Source: an uncultured Erysipelotrichaceae bacterium (GTDB lineage: Bacteria; Bacillota_I; Bacilli_A; Erysipelotrichales; Erysipelotrichaceae). From it: a stretch of DNA of 32,000 bases. The DNA is taken from the NCBI GenBank assembly GCA_964401865.1, contig CAYNZZ010000004.1, positions 30,001-62,000 of the forward strand, written 5' to 3'. Numbering within the stretch: the first letter of the stretch is position 1; each line of letters begins with the position of its first letter. Positions 1 through 8,123 of this stretch are shown piece by piece. Under the pieces are notes generated by a model. That model saw only the letters and a list, made by a program, of their open reading frames with translations, had not been told where the DNA came from and did no database searches. A program made the position numbers and the translations under genes.

Positions 1-978
1 GAAGTATTGTCTAATCCAGATAAAAGGGCTAATTACGATCGTTTTGGTCACGCTGGTGTTGATGGCAACTTCCAAGGCGGATTTGGCGGTGGCGATGGAT
101 TTGGCTTCAATATGGATGATTTAAACGATATCTTCTCATCATTTACGGGTGGTTTTTCAAACTTTGGTTTTGGCGGTGGCCAAAGACAGAGAAGGAATAC
201 CGGACCAATTAGAGGAGACAACCGCTATACGTCAATGACTATTGATTTCTTGGATGCGATTCATGGCGTTGATAAATTAATTCATGTCGATGTCGATAAA
301 AAGTGTGATGCTTGTAATGGAACAGGCGCAAAATCACCAAATGATGTGGAAACATGTCCGACATGTGGTGGTTCAGGTCATGTTACTCATCAGACAAGAA
401 CGGCGTTTGGCATTATGCAACAGGTTGTAGAATGTCCCGATTGTCATGGAACTGGTAAACGTATTAAGAATAAGTGCGATAAATGCAATGGCGAAGGTTA
501 CAAGCATGCAAATGAAGAGGTTGAAATCTCGATTCCGGCCGGTATCTCTTCTGGACAACAGGTAAGAGTTGCTGGCATGGGCGAAAGAGGGGCTAATGGC
601 GGACCTAATGGTGATTTATACATTGAAATAAATGTTCGTCCACACCAATACTTTGTAAGAGATGGCAACAATATTCATATTAAAGTTCCGATTTCGGCAA
701 TTGATGCAACACTTGGTTGTACAATTGATGTGCCTACTGTGCATGGCGATGTAGAGCTCAATATTCCAGCAGGAACACAACCTAATCAGAAATTACGTAT
801 CAAAGGCTATGGTGCTAAAGATGTTCGTTCAAATAATATGGGCGATCAATATGTTGAAATTGAAGTTACGATTCCAAAGAAGATTTCTAAAGAAGAAAAG
901 GAATTGTATAATCAATTAGCTAATCGTAGCAATAAAAAAGAAAGCGTATTTGAAAAATTTAAGAAGCAATTTAAGTAA
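1..978 (+). CDS. dnaJ: Chaperone DnaJ, 5'-truncated by the window edge
   Basis: Frame 1 is open from nt 1 (EVLSNPDKRANYDRFGH, the end of a J domain). It has a G/F-rich linker and four CxxCxGxG zinc-finger repeats (CDACNGTG, CPTCGGSG, CPDCHGTG, CDKCNGEG). TAA stop at 976-978. The ORF-track start at 7 is an internal TTG. Confidence 0.95.
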   Translation, partial: EVLSNPDKRANYDRFGHAGVDGNFQGGFGGGDGFGFNMDDLNDIFSSFTGGFSNFGFGGGQRQRRNTGPIRGDNRYTSMTIDFLDAIHGVDKLIHVDVDKKCDACNGTGAKSPNDVETCPTCGGSGHVTHQTRTAFGIMQQVVECPDCHGTGKRIKNKCDKCNGEGYKHANEEVEISIPAGISSGQQVRVAGMGERGANGGPNGDLYIEINVRPHQYFVRDGNNIHIKVPISAIDATLGCTIDVPTVHGDVELNIPAGTQPNQKLRIKGYGAKDVRSNNMGDQYVEIEVTIPKKISKEEKELYNQLANRSNKKESVFEKFKKQFK

Positions 979-1009
979 GGAGTAATCCTTACTTAAAAAA
1001 CAAAGATTG

Positions 1010-1036
1010 TTAGCACTTTAATCATTAAAGTGCTAA
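1010..1036 (+). promoter_or_regulatory. CIRCE operator (HrcA-binding inverted repeat) in front of clpB
   Basis: TTAGCACTT-N9-AAGTGCTAA is a perfect 9-bp inverted repeat with a 9-nt spacer. It matches the CIRCE consensus TTAGCACTC-N9-GAGTGCTAA at 8/9 positions per arm. The clpB SD (AGGAGG, 1037-1042) follows directly. Confidence 0.85.
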
Positions 1037-1048
1037 AGGAGGTTAAGT

Positions 1049-3598
1049 ATGGACTTTGAACATCTAACTGAAAAATTACAAAATATATTAATGAAAGCTA
1101 TTATGCTTTGTAAAGACAGACATAATAGTGAACTAAGTAGTGCTCATCTGTTTAGTGCTTTTCTGGAAGATGAAGATATTGCTCAATTTATAAATAATGT
1201 AAATGGTGATTATTCATCAATGCAGCATGAAATATCCAATGCACTAGAACGTTTACCTTGTAGCACTGGTAATGTAGAACCTAAAATGTCTAATGAGGTA
1301 TATAGTGCATTTAAAGAGGCTGAAAAGATTAAAGATGAAAGAAAAGATACCTATATTGGTGCATTTGTTTTCTTTATCGCTTTACTATTTCAAAATAGTA
1401 CCTTAGCCGAAAAGATGAGAGGATTCATTAAATTAGATAAAGAGAGTTTACTAAAGAAAGAAAAAGAAATGCGAGGTGATACAATGATTAATGAACAAAA
1501 CCAAGAAAATAATCTTAATCCTTTGGAAAAGTATGGTCGCAATTTAGTTGACGATGTTAAGGCTGGCAAGATAGATCCGGTTATCGGCAGAGACGAAGAA
1601 ATCAGACGAGTGATAGAAATTTTGTCGAGAAAGACTAAAAATAATCCTGTACTGATTGGTGAACCTGGTGTTGGTAAAACTGCTATTGTCGAAGGTTTAG
1701 CGTGGCGTATATATAATGGTGATGTACCATTTGGTTTAAAGGATAAAGAATTGATTGAATTAGATATGGGTTCATTAATTGCCGGTGCTAAATATCGTGG
1801 TGAATTTGAGGAAAGACTAAAATCGGTTTTAAAAGCAGTCAAGGATAAAGATGGCGGTGTAATACTATTTATTGATGAAATTCACAATTTAGTCGGTGCA
1901 GGCAAGACAGATGGAGCTATGGATGCTGCTAACTTATTGAAACCGATGTTGGCGAGGGGTGAACTAAAATGTATTGGTTCAACTACTTTTGATGAATATC
2001 GACAATACATCGAAAAAGATGCAGCATTGGAAAGAAGATTTCAAAAGATTGTTGTTGACGAGCCAAGCGTTGAAGAGACAATTTCCATTTTGAGAGGATT
2101 AAAAGACAGATTCGAGTCGCATCATGGTGTCAAGATTAAAGATGAAGCTATCATTGCAGCGGCAACTCTTTCAAATCGTTACATCACTGACAGATTTTTG
2201 CCTGATAAAGCTATCGATCTGATTGATGAAGCATGTGCTTCGATTAGGGTGGAAATGGATTCAATGCCTAGTGAATTAGATGAATTGATAAGAAAAATCA
2301 GGCAGCTTGAAATCGAGGAAGTTTCTTTAAAAAAGGAAACCGATGAGAAAGCTCAATCAAGACTTAATGAGTTGAAAAGGGAACTTGAAGAGCTTAAACA
2401 TCAAAAAGATGAGATGTATGATAAATGGTCGAGTGAAAAGAAACAACTTGAAGAGTCTAAGACTATTAAGGAAGAGCTGGAAAAAGCTAAATTAGACTTT
2501 GTGTCAGCTCAAAATGAAGCACGATATGAAGAAGCAGCAAAATTACAATACGAAACTATTCCTAATCTGAATAAGAAACTTGAGTCATTAGCTATTCTTG
2601 AACATGAAAAGATGATTCAAGAAGTAGTTGATGAAGAGTCGATTGCGAAAGTTGTAGCGAAATGGACGCATATTGAAGTCAATAAGCTAATGTTGGCTGA
2701 AAGAGAAAAATTGCTTAAACTTGAGGGTATTTTAGCTCAAAGAGTTATGGGTCAAAGCGAGGCTTTAAATCTTGTGTCTGATGCAATACTTAGAAATAAA
2801 GCACAGATATCCGATATCAATCGACCAATAGGTTCATTCTTATTCTTAGGTCCAACTGGCGTTGGTAAAACAGAAGTTGCTAAAGCGTTGGCTGAACAAT
2901 TATTTGATGATGAATCTAAGATTGTCAGAATTGATATGTCGGAGTACATGGAGAAACACTCAGTGTCTAGACTAATTGGTGCTCCTCCAGGATATGTAGG
3001 ATATGAAGAAGGTGGTCAATTAACTGAAGCCGTTAGAAGAAAACCTTATTCAATTGTTTTGCTAGACGAAATCGAAAAGGCTCATCCTGATGTATTTAAT
3101 ATCTTGCTTCAGATACTGGATGATGGACGTATTACTGATTCCAAAGGTGTTACTGTTGATTTTAAGAATACCATTATTATCATGACATCTAATTTAGGAA
3201 GTGAGTTTGCATTTGAAGAAGATAAAGAAAAGAAAGCTAAGGAATACGAGATGGTCATCAAGAATACATTCAAACCAGAATTTGTAAATCGTATTGATGA
3301 AATTGTAATCTTTAACCCTTTAAATGAAACAGTTATTAAAGATATAGCTGGTAAATTTATCCATCAACTTCAAAATCGTTTGCATGAAAATGATATTAAT
3401 TTAAGAGTAAGCTCAGAAGCTATGGAAAAGATTGCGATGCTAGGCTTTGAAAAAGATTTCGGAGCTAGACCAATGAAAAGACATATCCAAAAAGCAATCG
3501 AATCGATACTTGCTAGATATATCTTAGAAAATCCTAATGTTCATAACATTCTAGTTGACGTTGAAAATGACAGATATATAGTGAAAGAAGATAAATAA
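1049..3598 (+). CDS. clpB: ATP-dependent chaperone/disaggregase ClpB
   Basis: 849 aa with two AAA+ modules (Walker A GEPGVGKT and GPTGVGKT; Walker B ILFIDEIH and [10 protein letters not shown]). A long coiled-coil middle domain separates them, which is typical of ClpB rather than ClpC/ClpA. The stretch [60 protein letters not shown] closely resembles ClpB as I remember it. AAGGAGG SD 7 nt upstream. Confidence 0.95.
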   Translation: MDFEHLTEKLQNILMKAIMLCKDRHNSELSSAHLFSAFLEDEDIAQFINNVNGDYSSMQHEISNALERLPCSTGNVEPKMSNEVYSAFKEAEKIKDERKDTYIGAFVFFIALLFQNSTLAEKMRGFIKLDKESLLKKEKEMRGDTMINEQNQENNLNPLEKYGRNLVDDVKAGKIDPVIGRDEEIRRVIEILSRKTKNNPVLIGEPGVGKTAIVEGLAWRIYNGDVPFGLKDKELIELDMGSLIAGAKYRGEFEERLKSVLKAVKDKDGGVILFIDEIHNLVGAGKTDGAMDAANLLKPMLARGELKCIGSTTFDEYRQYIEKDAALERRFQKIVVDEPSVEETISILRGLKDRFESHHGVKIKDEAIIAAATLSNRYITDRFLPDKAIDLIDEACASIRVEMDSMPSELDELIRKIRQLEIEEVSLKKETDEKAQSRLNELKRELEELKHQKDEMYDKWSSEKKQLEESKTIKEELEKAKLDFVSAQNEARYEEAAKLQYETIPNLNKKLESLAILEHEKMIQEVVDEESIAKVVAKWTHIEVNKLMLAEREKLLKLEGILAQRVMGQSEALNLVSDAILRNKAQISDINRPIGSFLFLGPTGVGKTEVAKALAEQLFDDESKIVRIDMSEYMEKHSVSRLIGAPPGYVGYEEGGQLTEAVRRKPYSIVLLDEIEKAHPDVFNILLQILDDGRITDSKGVTVDFKNTIIIMTSNLGSEFAFEEDKEKKAKEYEMVIKNTFKPEFVNRIDEIVIFNPLNETVIKDIAGKFIHQLQNRLHENDINLRVSSEAMEKIAMLGFEKDFGARPMKRHIQKAIESILARYILENPNVHNILVDVENDRYIVKEDK

Positions 3599-3611
3599 AC
3601 ATATTAAAATA

Positions 3612-3647
3612 AATGTAGCCGAATTCATTTCGGCTACATTTTTATTT
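3612..3647 (+). terminator. Rho-independent terminator of clpB
   Basis: 12-bp perfect stem AATGTAGCCGAA / TTCGGCTACATT with loop TTCAT, followed by TTTTATTT. Confidence 0.8.
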
Positions 3648-3654
3648 AAAACAC

Positions 3655-3683
3655 TTGCATAAAGTATCGATAAACATTATAAA
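3655..3683 (+). promoter_or_regulatory. Putative sigma-A type promoter directly abutting the methyltransferase start codon
   Basis: -35 TTGCAT (3655-3660), 17-nt spacer, -10 TATAAA (3678-3683). The ATG at 3690 lies 6 nt after the -10. AT-rich DNA makes chance matches likely. Confidence 0.4.
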
Positions 3684-3689
3684 GAAGAT

Positions 3690-4400
3690 ATGATTAATGA
3701 ATTGAAGAATTATAGTAAAGAATCAAAATATAGCTATACATTGGGAATGTCGCTTACTATCGAGGCATTAAAAGGTACTGCAAACAGAGTCAAAAGAATA
3801 TATATTTCTAGTAAAGTGCATCAAAATGACCATTTGGATTTGTTGTGTAAACTAGCTAATGCACAACATATCGATATTATTGAAGATGACAAATTTATTA
3901 GTTCTTTATCAATTAAAGAAAACTGTTACTGCATTGGTGTCTTTGAGAAGTTTGAACACGAATTAAAAAATGATAACCATATCGTTTTATTAGGTTATGA
4001 AGATGAAGGCATTTTAGGAACAACGCTTAGGTCAGCTATTTCTTTTGATAACCATGATATTGTTTTAATTGATAATAAAGTTGATTTATTCTCGCCTAGA
4101 ACCGTTAGAGCTAGTATGGGTGCTATTTTTCATTGCAACTTTGGAATATATGAAAATATAGTCGATTATATTAATGATTATCCAAATCAAAATTGTTATG
4201 CGCTTTTAAATAGAGGCGACAAAGAATTACAAGAAGTCACATTTGATAATCCATATAGTGTATTTATTAATTATCGCGATGAGAAAATAAAAAATATAGA
4301 TAATAACATCTATATTAAACATTTACATGATGAAAACTTAAATTTAGAAATGAGATCAACAATCTTATTTCATTATTTATTTGCCTCGAAACGATCGTGA
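3690..4400 (+). CDS. TrmH/SpoU-family RNA 2'-O-methyltransferase
   Basis: 236 aa. The N-terminal stretch YTLGMSLTIEALKG resembles a SpoU substrate-binding domain. C-terminal SpoU-methylase-like motifs are LLGYEDEGILGTTL and PRTVRASMGAIFHCNF. TGA stop is followed immediately by an in-frame TAG. Confidence 0.8.
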   Translation: MINELKNYSKESKYSYTLGMSLTIEALKGTANRVKRIYISSKVHQNDHLDLLCKLANAQHIDIIEDDKFISSLSIKENCYCIGVFEKFEHELKNDNHIVLLGYEDEGILGTTLRSAISFDNHDIVLIDNKVDLFSPRTVRASMGAIFHCNFGIYENIVDYINDYPNQNCYALLNRGDKELQEVTFDNPYSVFINYRDEKIKNIDNNIYIKHLHDENLNLEMRSTILFHYLFASKRS

Positions 4401-5185
4401 TAGGTGCATTTTTGACATAGAGGCATAGTCAACTTGTTGTTATTGAGGTCAGAAATGACCTTTTTATACAAATTTGAATTGATGATTTCAATTAAGCTAT
4501 TTTCATAAATATTCCCAAGTTTATTAATACCCATTGTATCTAAACAGCACATTGTAACATCGCCATTTACCAGTATCGCTAACATGCTTTTACCGCCTAA
4601 ACAGGTTCCAAAATCACTGTGATAGTCATCACTAATATTAGGCCATTTAAAGAAAGAATTGGTTGTCACGTAAACATTCTTTTTTATTTCGTATTGATTT
4701 AAAACTTTAGAAGTTTTAAACAGGTAGTTTTCTTTTAATTCTTCTAAATATTTTTTAGTATTATCGCTAAGTGTTTCTTGATTATAAAATCTAAGATCTA
4801 GAATATAATCATGTTTCTTTTCCAATAAATCATTAATATTTGAATAGTATTTTTTATCTTTGCCTAAATAGCTGTGTAACGAGATAGATACTTTTCTGAT
4901 TGATGAATGGTTATCTAAATCATGTTTATTTAAAAGAGTACCATTCGTCACTAGTTGCACTTTCATATTATTTTTATCAAGAATATCTAGAAGATCATTA
5001 AAAAATGGGTGAAGCATAGGTTCACCCAAAACATGTAAATATATATATGGAGTAATCTCTTTTATTTGTTCGATGGTTTTTTTAAAATTATCCAATGAAA
5101 TAAATTCTTTTCCCTTACTGTTAGTGCAAAAAGGGCAGTCCAGATTACAAGCATTTGTTATTTCTAAATAAATTCTTTTTATCAC
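4373..5185 (-). CDS. Radical SAM enzyme with a C-terminal twitch/SPASM-like auxiliary-cluster domain, function unknown
   Basis: 270 aa with a GTG start. CNLDCPFC (Cx3Cx2C) lies at residues 13-20 and a GEP motif (VLGEPMLHP) follows. The C-terminal Cys pattern is C-x17-CC-x42-C-x2-C, embedded in G..L.I..NGDV..CC...LGNI. It starts 8 nt after the ATPase stop codon. Confidence 0.85.
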   Translation of the reverse strand: MIKRIYLEITNACNLDCPFCTNSKGKEFISLDNFKKTIEQIKEITPYIYLHVLGEPMLHPFFNDLLDILDKNNMKVQLVTNGTLLNKHDLDNHSSIRKVSISLHSYLGKDKKYYSNINDLLEKKHDYILDLRFYNQETLSDNTKKYLEELKENYLFKTSKVLNQYEIKKNVYVTTNSFFKWPNISDDYHSDFGTCLGGKSMLAILVNGDVTMCCLDTMGINKLGNIYENSLIEIINSNLYKKVISDLNNNKLTMPLCQKCTYHDRFEANK

Positions 5186-5193
5186 AATACCAA

Positions 5194-5937
5194 TTATACT
5201 AAAGATTCTAGGTATCGAGATAAAAATTGTTTTGTTCTATCATTTTTAGGATTAGTGAATAGCTCTTGAGGATTTCCTTCTTCAGCTATCACTCCTTTAT
5301 CCATAAAGATTACCCGATCTGATACATCTTTCGCAAAAGCCATTTCGTGTGTCACGACGACCATAGTCATGCCTTCTTTGGCAAGCAGTTTCATAACATC
5401 TAATACATCGCCAACCATTTCTGGATCTAATGCTGAAGTCGGTTCGTCAAATAAGATGATTTCCGGATCCATACATAAGGTTCTGGCAATAGCTACTCTT
5501 TGTTTCTGACCGCCAGATAAAGTGTTGACTGAGGCGTTTTTAAACGCTGACATCCCAACTTTCTCTAAGTAGTATAGTGCTTTTTTATTAGCTTCTTCCT
5601 TAGATACACCAATGACCTTTGTCTGTCCGATAACACAATTTTGTAAAACATTTAAGTTATTAAAAAGATTGAAGTTTTGAAAAACCATTCCGACCTTTAA
5701 ACGATATTTATTGACATCAAATCCTTTTTCCAAAATGTTTTGACCATGAAATAGTATTTCGCCATCATCAGGGGTTTCTAATAGGTTAAGTGATCTTAGA
5801 AGAGTTGACTTACCACTTCCAGAAGAACCGATTATTGTTAGTACTTCTTTAGGATTTAATTCGAGTTCTATTCCTTTTAAGACCTCTAAGTTTCCAAAAC
5901 TTTTCTTTAAATCTTTAACTGTTAATAAACTATTCAT
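5194..5937 (-). CDS. Polar amino-acid ABC transporter, ATP-binding protein
   Basis: 247 aa. Walker [13 protein letters not shown] signature [15 protein letters not shown], Walker [12 protein letters not shown]. GlnQ/HisP-like overall. Confidence 0.95.
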   Translation of the reverse strand: MNSLLTVKDLKKSFGNLEVLKGIELELNPKEVLTIIGSSGSGKSTLLRSLNLLETPDDGEILFHGQNILEKGFDVNKYRLKVGMVFQNFNLFNNLNVLQNCVIGQTKVIGVSKEEANKKALYYLEKVGMSAFKNASVNTLSGGQKQRVAIARTLCMDPEIILFDEPTSALDPEMVGDVLDVMKLLAKEGMTMVVVTHEMAFAKDVSDRVIFMDKGVIAEEGNPQELFTNPKNDRTKQFLSRYLESLV

Positions 5938-5945
5938 ATTAACTC

Positions 5946-6668
5946 CTAACTACAATAATCGATATGCGAATTAGAATTGTTCATATTCTTTTCGATTTTA
6001 TTAAGAATAAATGAAGCAATTGAAGTCAATATCAGATAAATAATGGCAGAAATAAGGTAAGTTTCGATAAAACGCATGTTACTGCCGGCGATAGACATAG
6101 TTTGGAAGTATAATTCAGTTACCTGCAGTACATTCAGCATTGAGCTATCTTTGATATTGACGATTAACTGATTACCGATAGATGGAAAGCTATTGGTAAT
6201 GGCTTGAGGAAGAACGATATAGAGCATTGTTTTAAAATGATTCATACCAATACTTTTGGCAGCTTCAATTTGTCCTTTATCAATGGATTGAATACCTGAT
6301 CTAATAATTTCGGCCATGTAAGCACCGGTATTAACTGAGATAATAAATAGTCCAGCTTCTTGTGCCGACCAATTGAAAATCGGTTTAAATAAGTAGTACA
6401 AGAAGATGGCTTGAATCATCATTGGAGTTCCTCTAAAAATCCATATATAGAATCTGATGATTAAATCTAGGATTTCTTTTAGTGCTTTTGTGATAAATGA
6501 ATCGTGTTCATTTACTTCGATTGTTCTAAGTCCGCCAACTAATAGACCGATTAAAAAACCACAAACTGTGCCTACAATGGCGAATAAGATAGTCATGTAG
6601 ATACCATGAAGGAACATTGGCCAGTTATTGACCAATATTTCCATCATTTTAGAAAAGTCGATATTCAT
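5946..6668 (-). CDS. Polar amino-acid ABC transporter, permease
   Basis: 240 aa, multi-pass hydrophobic protein with an EAA loop ([23 protein letters not shown]) typical of HisM/GlnP-family permeases. Confidence 0.9.
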   Translation of the reverse strand: MNIDFSKMMEILVNNWPMFLHGIYMTILFAIVGTVCGFLIGLLVGGLRTIEVNEHDSFITKALKEILDLIIRFYIWIFRGTPMMIQAIFLYYLFKPIFNWSAQEAGLFIISVNTGAYMAEIIRSGIQSIDKGQIEAAKSIGMNHFKTMLYIVLPQAITNSFPSIGNQLIVNIKDSSMLNVLQVTELYFQTMSIAGSNMRFIETYLISAIIYLILTSIASFILNKIEKNMNNSNSHIDYCS

Positions 6669-6670
6669 AT

Positions 6671-7510
6671 CTAGTTGCTAGCAGGTTGTTGTTCAACTGC
6701 TTGAGCCATTAACTCTGCTCTCGTCTCATCGGAAATAGAAGCTAAGGCTTCACTTACACTGTTATAGAATTCATTTCCCCTCGAACCTTCTTTAAGACCG
6801 ATAGATACAGTTGTATCACATTCGAATCCTTTTCCTTCGGCAAATTCAACAATTGCTAAGTCATCGTTTGCGCTTACTACGCCACTTGCTACAGCCATTT
6901 CAGCAGTAATAGCATCCACATCACCAAAACGTAAAGCTAGAATCATTTCAGGATAAGTTTGTTTAGGGGTGATATGGTTTACACCTTCGATTTGGTCAAT
7001 GACATCATCATAATTTGTTCCAAGTTGTCCTACAACATTCTTGCCACTGAATTGTTGGATATCATTGAATGATGCTTCTTCAGAATCTTTTCTTACAATC
7101 ATAATCATGCCATGAGAATCGTAGTATGGATCAGTGAAGTCAACGCCTTCTTCTCTTTCTTCGTTAGCAGTCATGCCGGCGATGATAGCGTCAATTTCAT
7201 CGTTTTGTAATGCAGTAATTAATCCGCCCCAAGAAATCTTTTTGATAACTAGTTCTTTGCCTAATGATTCGGCGATTCTTGATGCAATCATAACATCATA
7301 TCCATCACAATAACCGCCGTCAATTTTAACACTGGTTTCGCTAGGACTTGAGATTTGATAGTTGAATGGTGCATAAGCACATTCCATACCGACAGTGAAT
7401 GTCTCTTTTTCGGCATTGTTTGTGTTTGAGTCATTGCCGTTAGAATTATTATTTCCACCACATGCTGTTAGTAGAAATAAACAGATAAGTAAGATTGATA
7501 GTTTTTTCAT
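6671..7510 (-). CDS. Amino-acid ABC transporter substrate-binding lipoprotein (probably lysine, inferred from the upstream riboswitch)
   Basis: I trimmed the start to the ATG at 7510, which has an AAGGAG SD (minus strand caaAGGAGaaaaacATG). The signal peptide is MKKLSILLICLFLLTAC with lipobox LTAC. The body is family-3 solute-binding-like (DAIIAGMT, DFTDPYY). The ORF-track extension to 7585 runs through the riboswitch terminator. Confidence 0.9.
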   Translation of the reverse strand: MKKLSILLICLFLLTACGGNNNSNGNDSNTNNAEKETFTVGMECAYAPFNYQISSPSETSVKIDGGYCDGYDVMIASRIAESLGKELVIKKISWGGLITALQNDEIDAIIAGMTANEEREEGVDFTDPYYDSHGMIMIVRKDSEEASFNDIQQFSGKNVVGQLGTNYDDVIDQIEGVNHITPKQTYPEMILALRFGDVDAITAEMAVASGVVSANDDLAIVEFAEGKGFECDTTVSIGLKEGSRGNEFYNSVSEALASISDETRAELMAQAVEQQPASN

Positions 7511-7537
7511 GTTTTTCTCCTTTGTTAAATAATCTAA

Positions 7538-7569
7538 TAAATAAAAATCATACGCTATAACGTATGATT
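7538..7569 (-). terminator. Intrinsic terminator forming the expression platform of the lysine riboswitch
   Basis: Minus strand reads AATCATACG-TTATAG-CGTATGATT followed by TTTTATTTATT. It sits about 35 nt upstream of the binding-protein start codon. Confidence 0.7.
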
Positions 7570-7740
7570 GAATATCTATCGTCATAGCCCCTCTACTTCA
7601 GTAGGAGTGTTATAGGTATTTCCTATAACCCCATGATAACGATATGCCTACCATTATCATTCGGCGATGATTGCCTTTCTATTTCCTCACTGTGTGCCCA
7701 CTTTAGAAATATACTAATCTGCATCGCTACCTCTATATGT
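7538..7740 (-). promoter_or_regulatory. Lysine riboswitch (L-box), aptamer about 7584-7738 plus terminator
   Basis: The minus strand reads AUAGAGGUAGCG..GAUUAGUA..GUGAGGAAAUAGAAAGGCAAUCAUCGCCGAAUG..(hairpin)..CAUGGGGUUAUAGGAAAUACCUAUAACACUCCUACUGAAGUAGAGGGGCUAUGA. These blocks line up in order with conserved L-box blocks as I recall them from B. subtilis lysC and T. maritima: GAGGnGCG, AGUA, GAGGAA, GAAAGG...CGCCGAA, UGGGG-hairpin-CACU, hairpin-GAG(R)GC. P1 would be AUAG/CUAU. Confidence 0.75.
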
Positions 7741-7757
7741 TTTTATTTAATGAGTTC

Positions 7758-7786
7758 ATTATCAATATTTTTATATCGTTTGTCAA
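7758..7786 (-). promoter_or_regulatory. Promoter of the riboswitch-controlled ABC operon
   Basis: Minus strand has -35 TTGACA (7786-7781), a 17-nt spacer and -10 GATAAT (7763-7758). The predicted TSS is about 15 nt upstream of riboswitch P1. Confidence 0.55.
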
Positions 7787-7853
7787 TAAATTTTGTAAAA
7801 ACATTAATAAAAATGAATAAAAAGGTTGAAATAATCCTAAATAATGGCATTTT

Positions 7854-8032
7854 TTGATATGTAGCTTGGTTATCTATAGATTATTTCTCTTTTTAATTTT
7901 GTTAAAAAAAGAGATATAAAATATCAATCAAGGATATTGATAGGACTAAAGTTGATATGTAGTCAATGTTTAGATTCGTCACTTAAAGATTTTTATACCA
8001 ATAATTTCATCAAAAAAAGAGATAAAAAATAT
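7854..8032 (+). repeat. Degenerate ~100-bp direct duplication in the pyrB upstream region
   Basis: TTGATATGTAG occurs at 7854-7864 and 7952-7962 (identical, 98 nt apart). AAAAAAAGAGATA[T/A]AAAATAT occurs at 7904-7924 and 8012-8032 (20/21 identical, 108 nt apart). TAGATT also appears between the pair in both units. Confidence 0.5.
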
Positions 8033-8123
8033 TTTGTTTACTTTAAAAAATGTGATTAAAATTTATTTAAAATTAAATATTTTTATGGTATCATTATGCA
8101 GATATAAAGCGAAAGGGGATTAT

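Noticed and set aside
973-994. Hairpin AAGTAAGGA-GTAA-TCCTTACTT as a dnaJ terminator
   Set aside because: It is followed by an A-run rather than a T-run on the coding strand, so it is not a canonical intrinsic terminator. I kept it only as context for the CIRCE/clpB finding.
1390-1842. 150-aa antisense ORF inside clpB, and similar antisense or out-of-frame ORFs. These include 373-558, 2752-2949, 9200-9592, 10566-11063, 11212-11406, 13614-14499, 15113-15367, 15716-15934, 17663-18271, 18589-18825, 22799-23326, 25275-25553, 26120-26335, 27303-27596, 28023-28450, 28714-28908, 30056-30268, 30310-30856
   Set aside because: All are embedded in strongly conserved genes on the other strand or in another frame. 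None has a recognisable motif, and their composition is typical of shadow ORFs.
7511-7585. Long N-terminal extensions in the ORF track: binding protein to 7585, pyrB from 8034, carA from 10225, the m5C methyltransferase from 21041, pgsA from 27208, recA from 27828
   Set aside because: In each case an internal ATG with a proper SD gives the conserved N-terminus or signal peptide. The extensions start at TTG or run through upstream genes or regulatory RNA.
7538-7740. T-box leader as the identity of the structured 5' UTR of the ABC operon
   Set aside because: There is no T-box sequence of the type AANNNGGGUGGUACCGCG, no AGAGA/specifier-loop arrangement and no distal-loop motifs. The conserved blocks fit the lysine riboswitch instead.
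7633-7857. 74-aa plus-strand ORF from the ORF track
   Set aside because: It lies antisense across the riboswitch aptamer and its promoter. It has no SD, and its composition is hydrophobic and low-complexity, as expected for AT-rich non-coding DNA.
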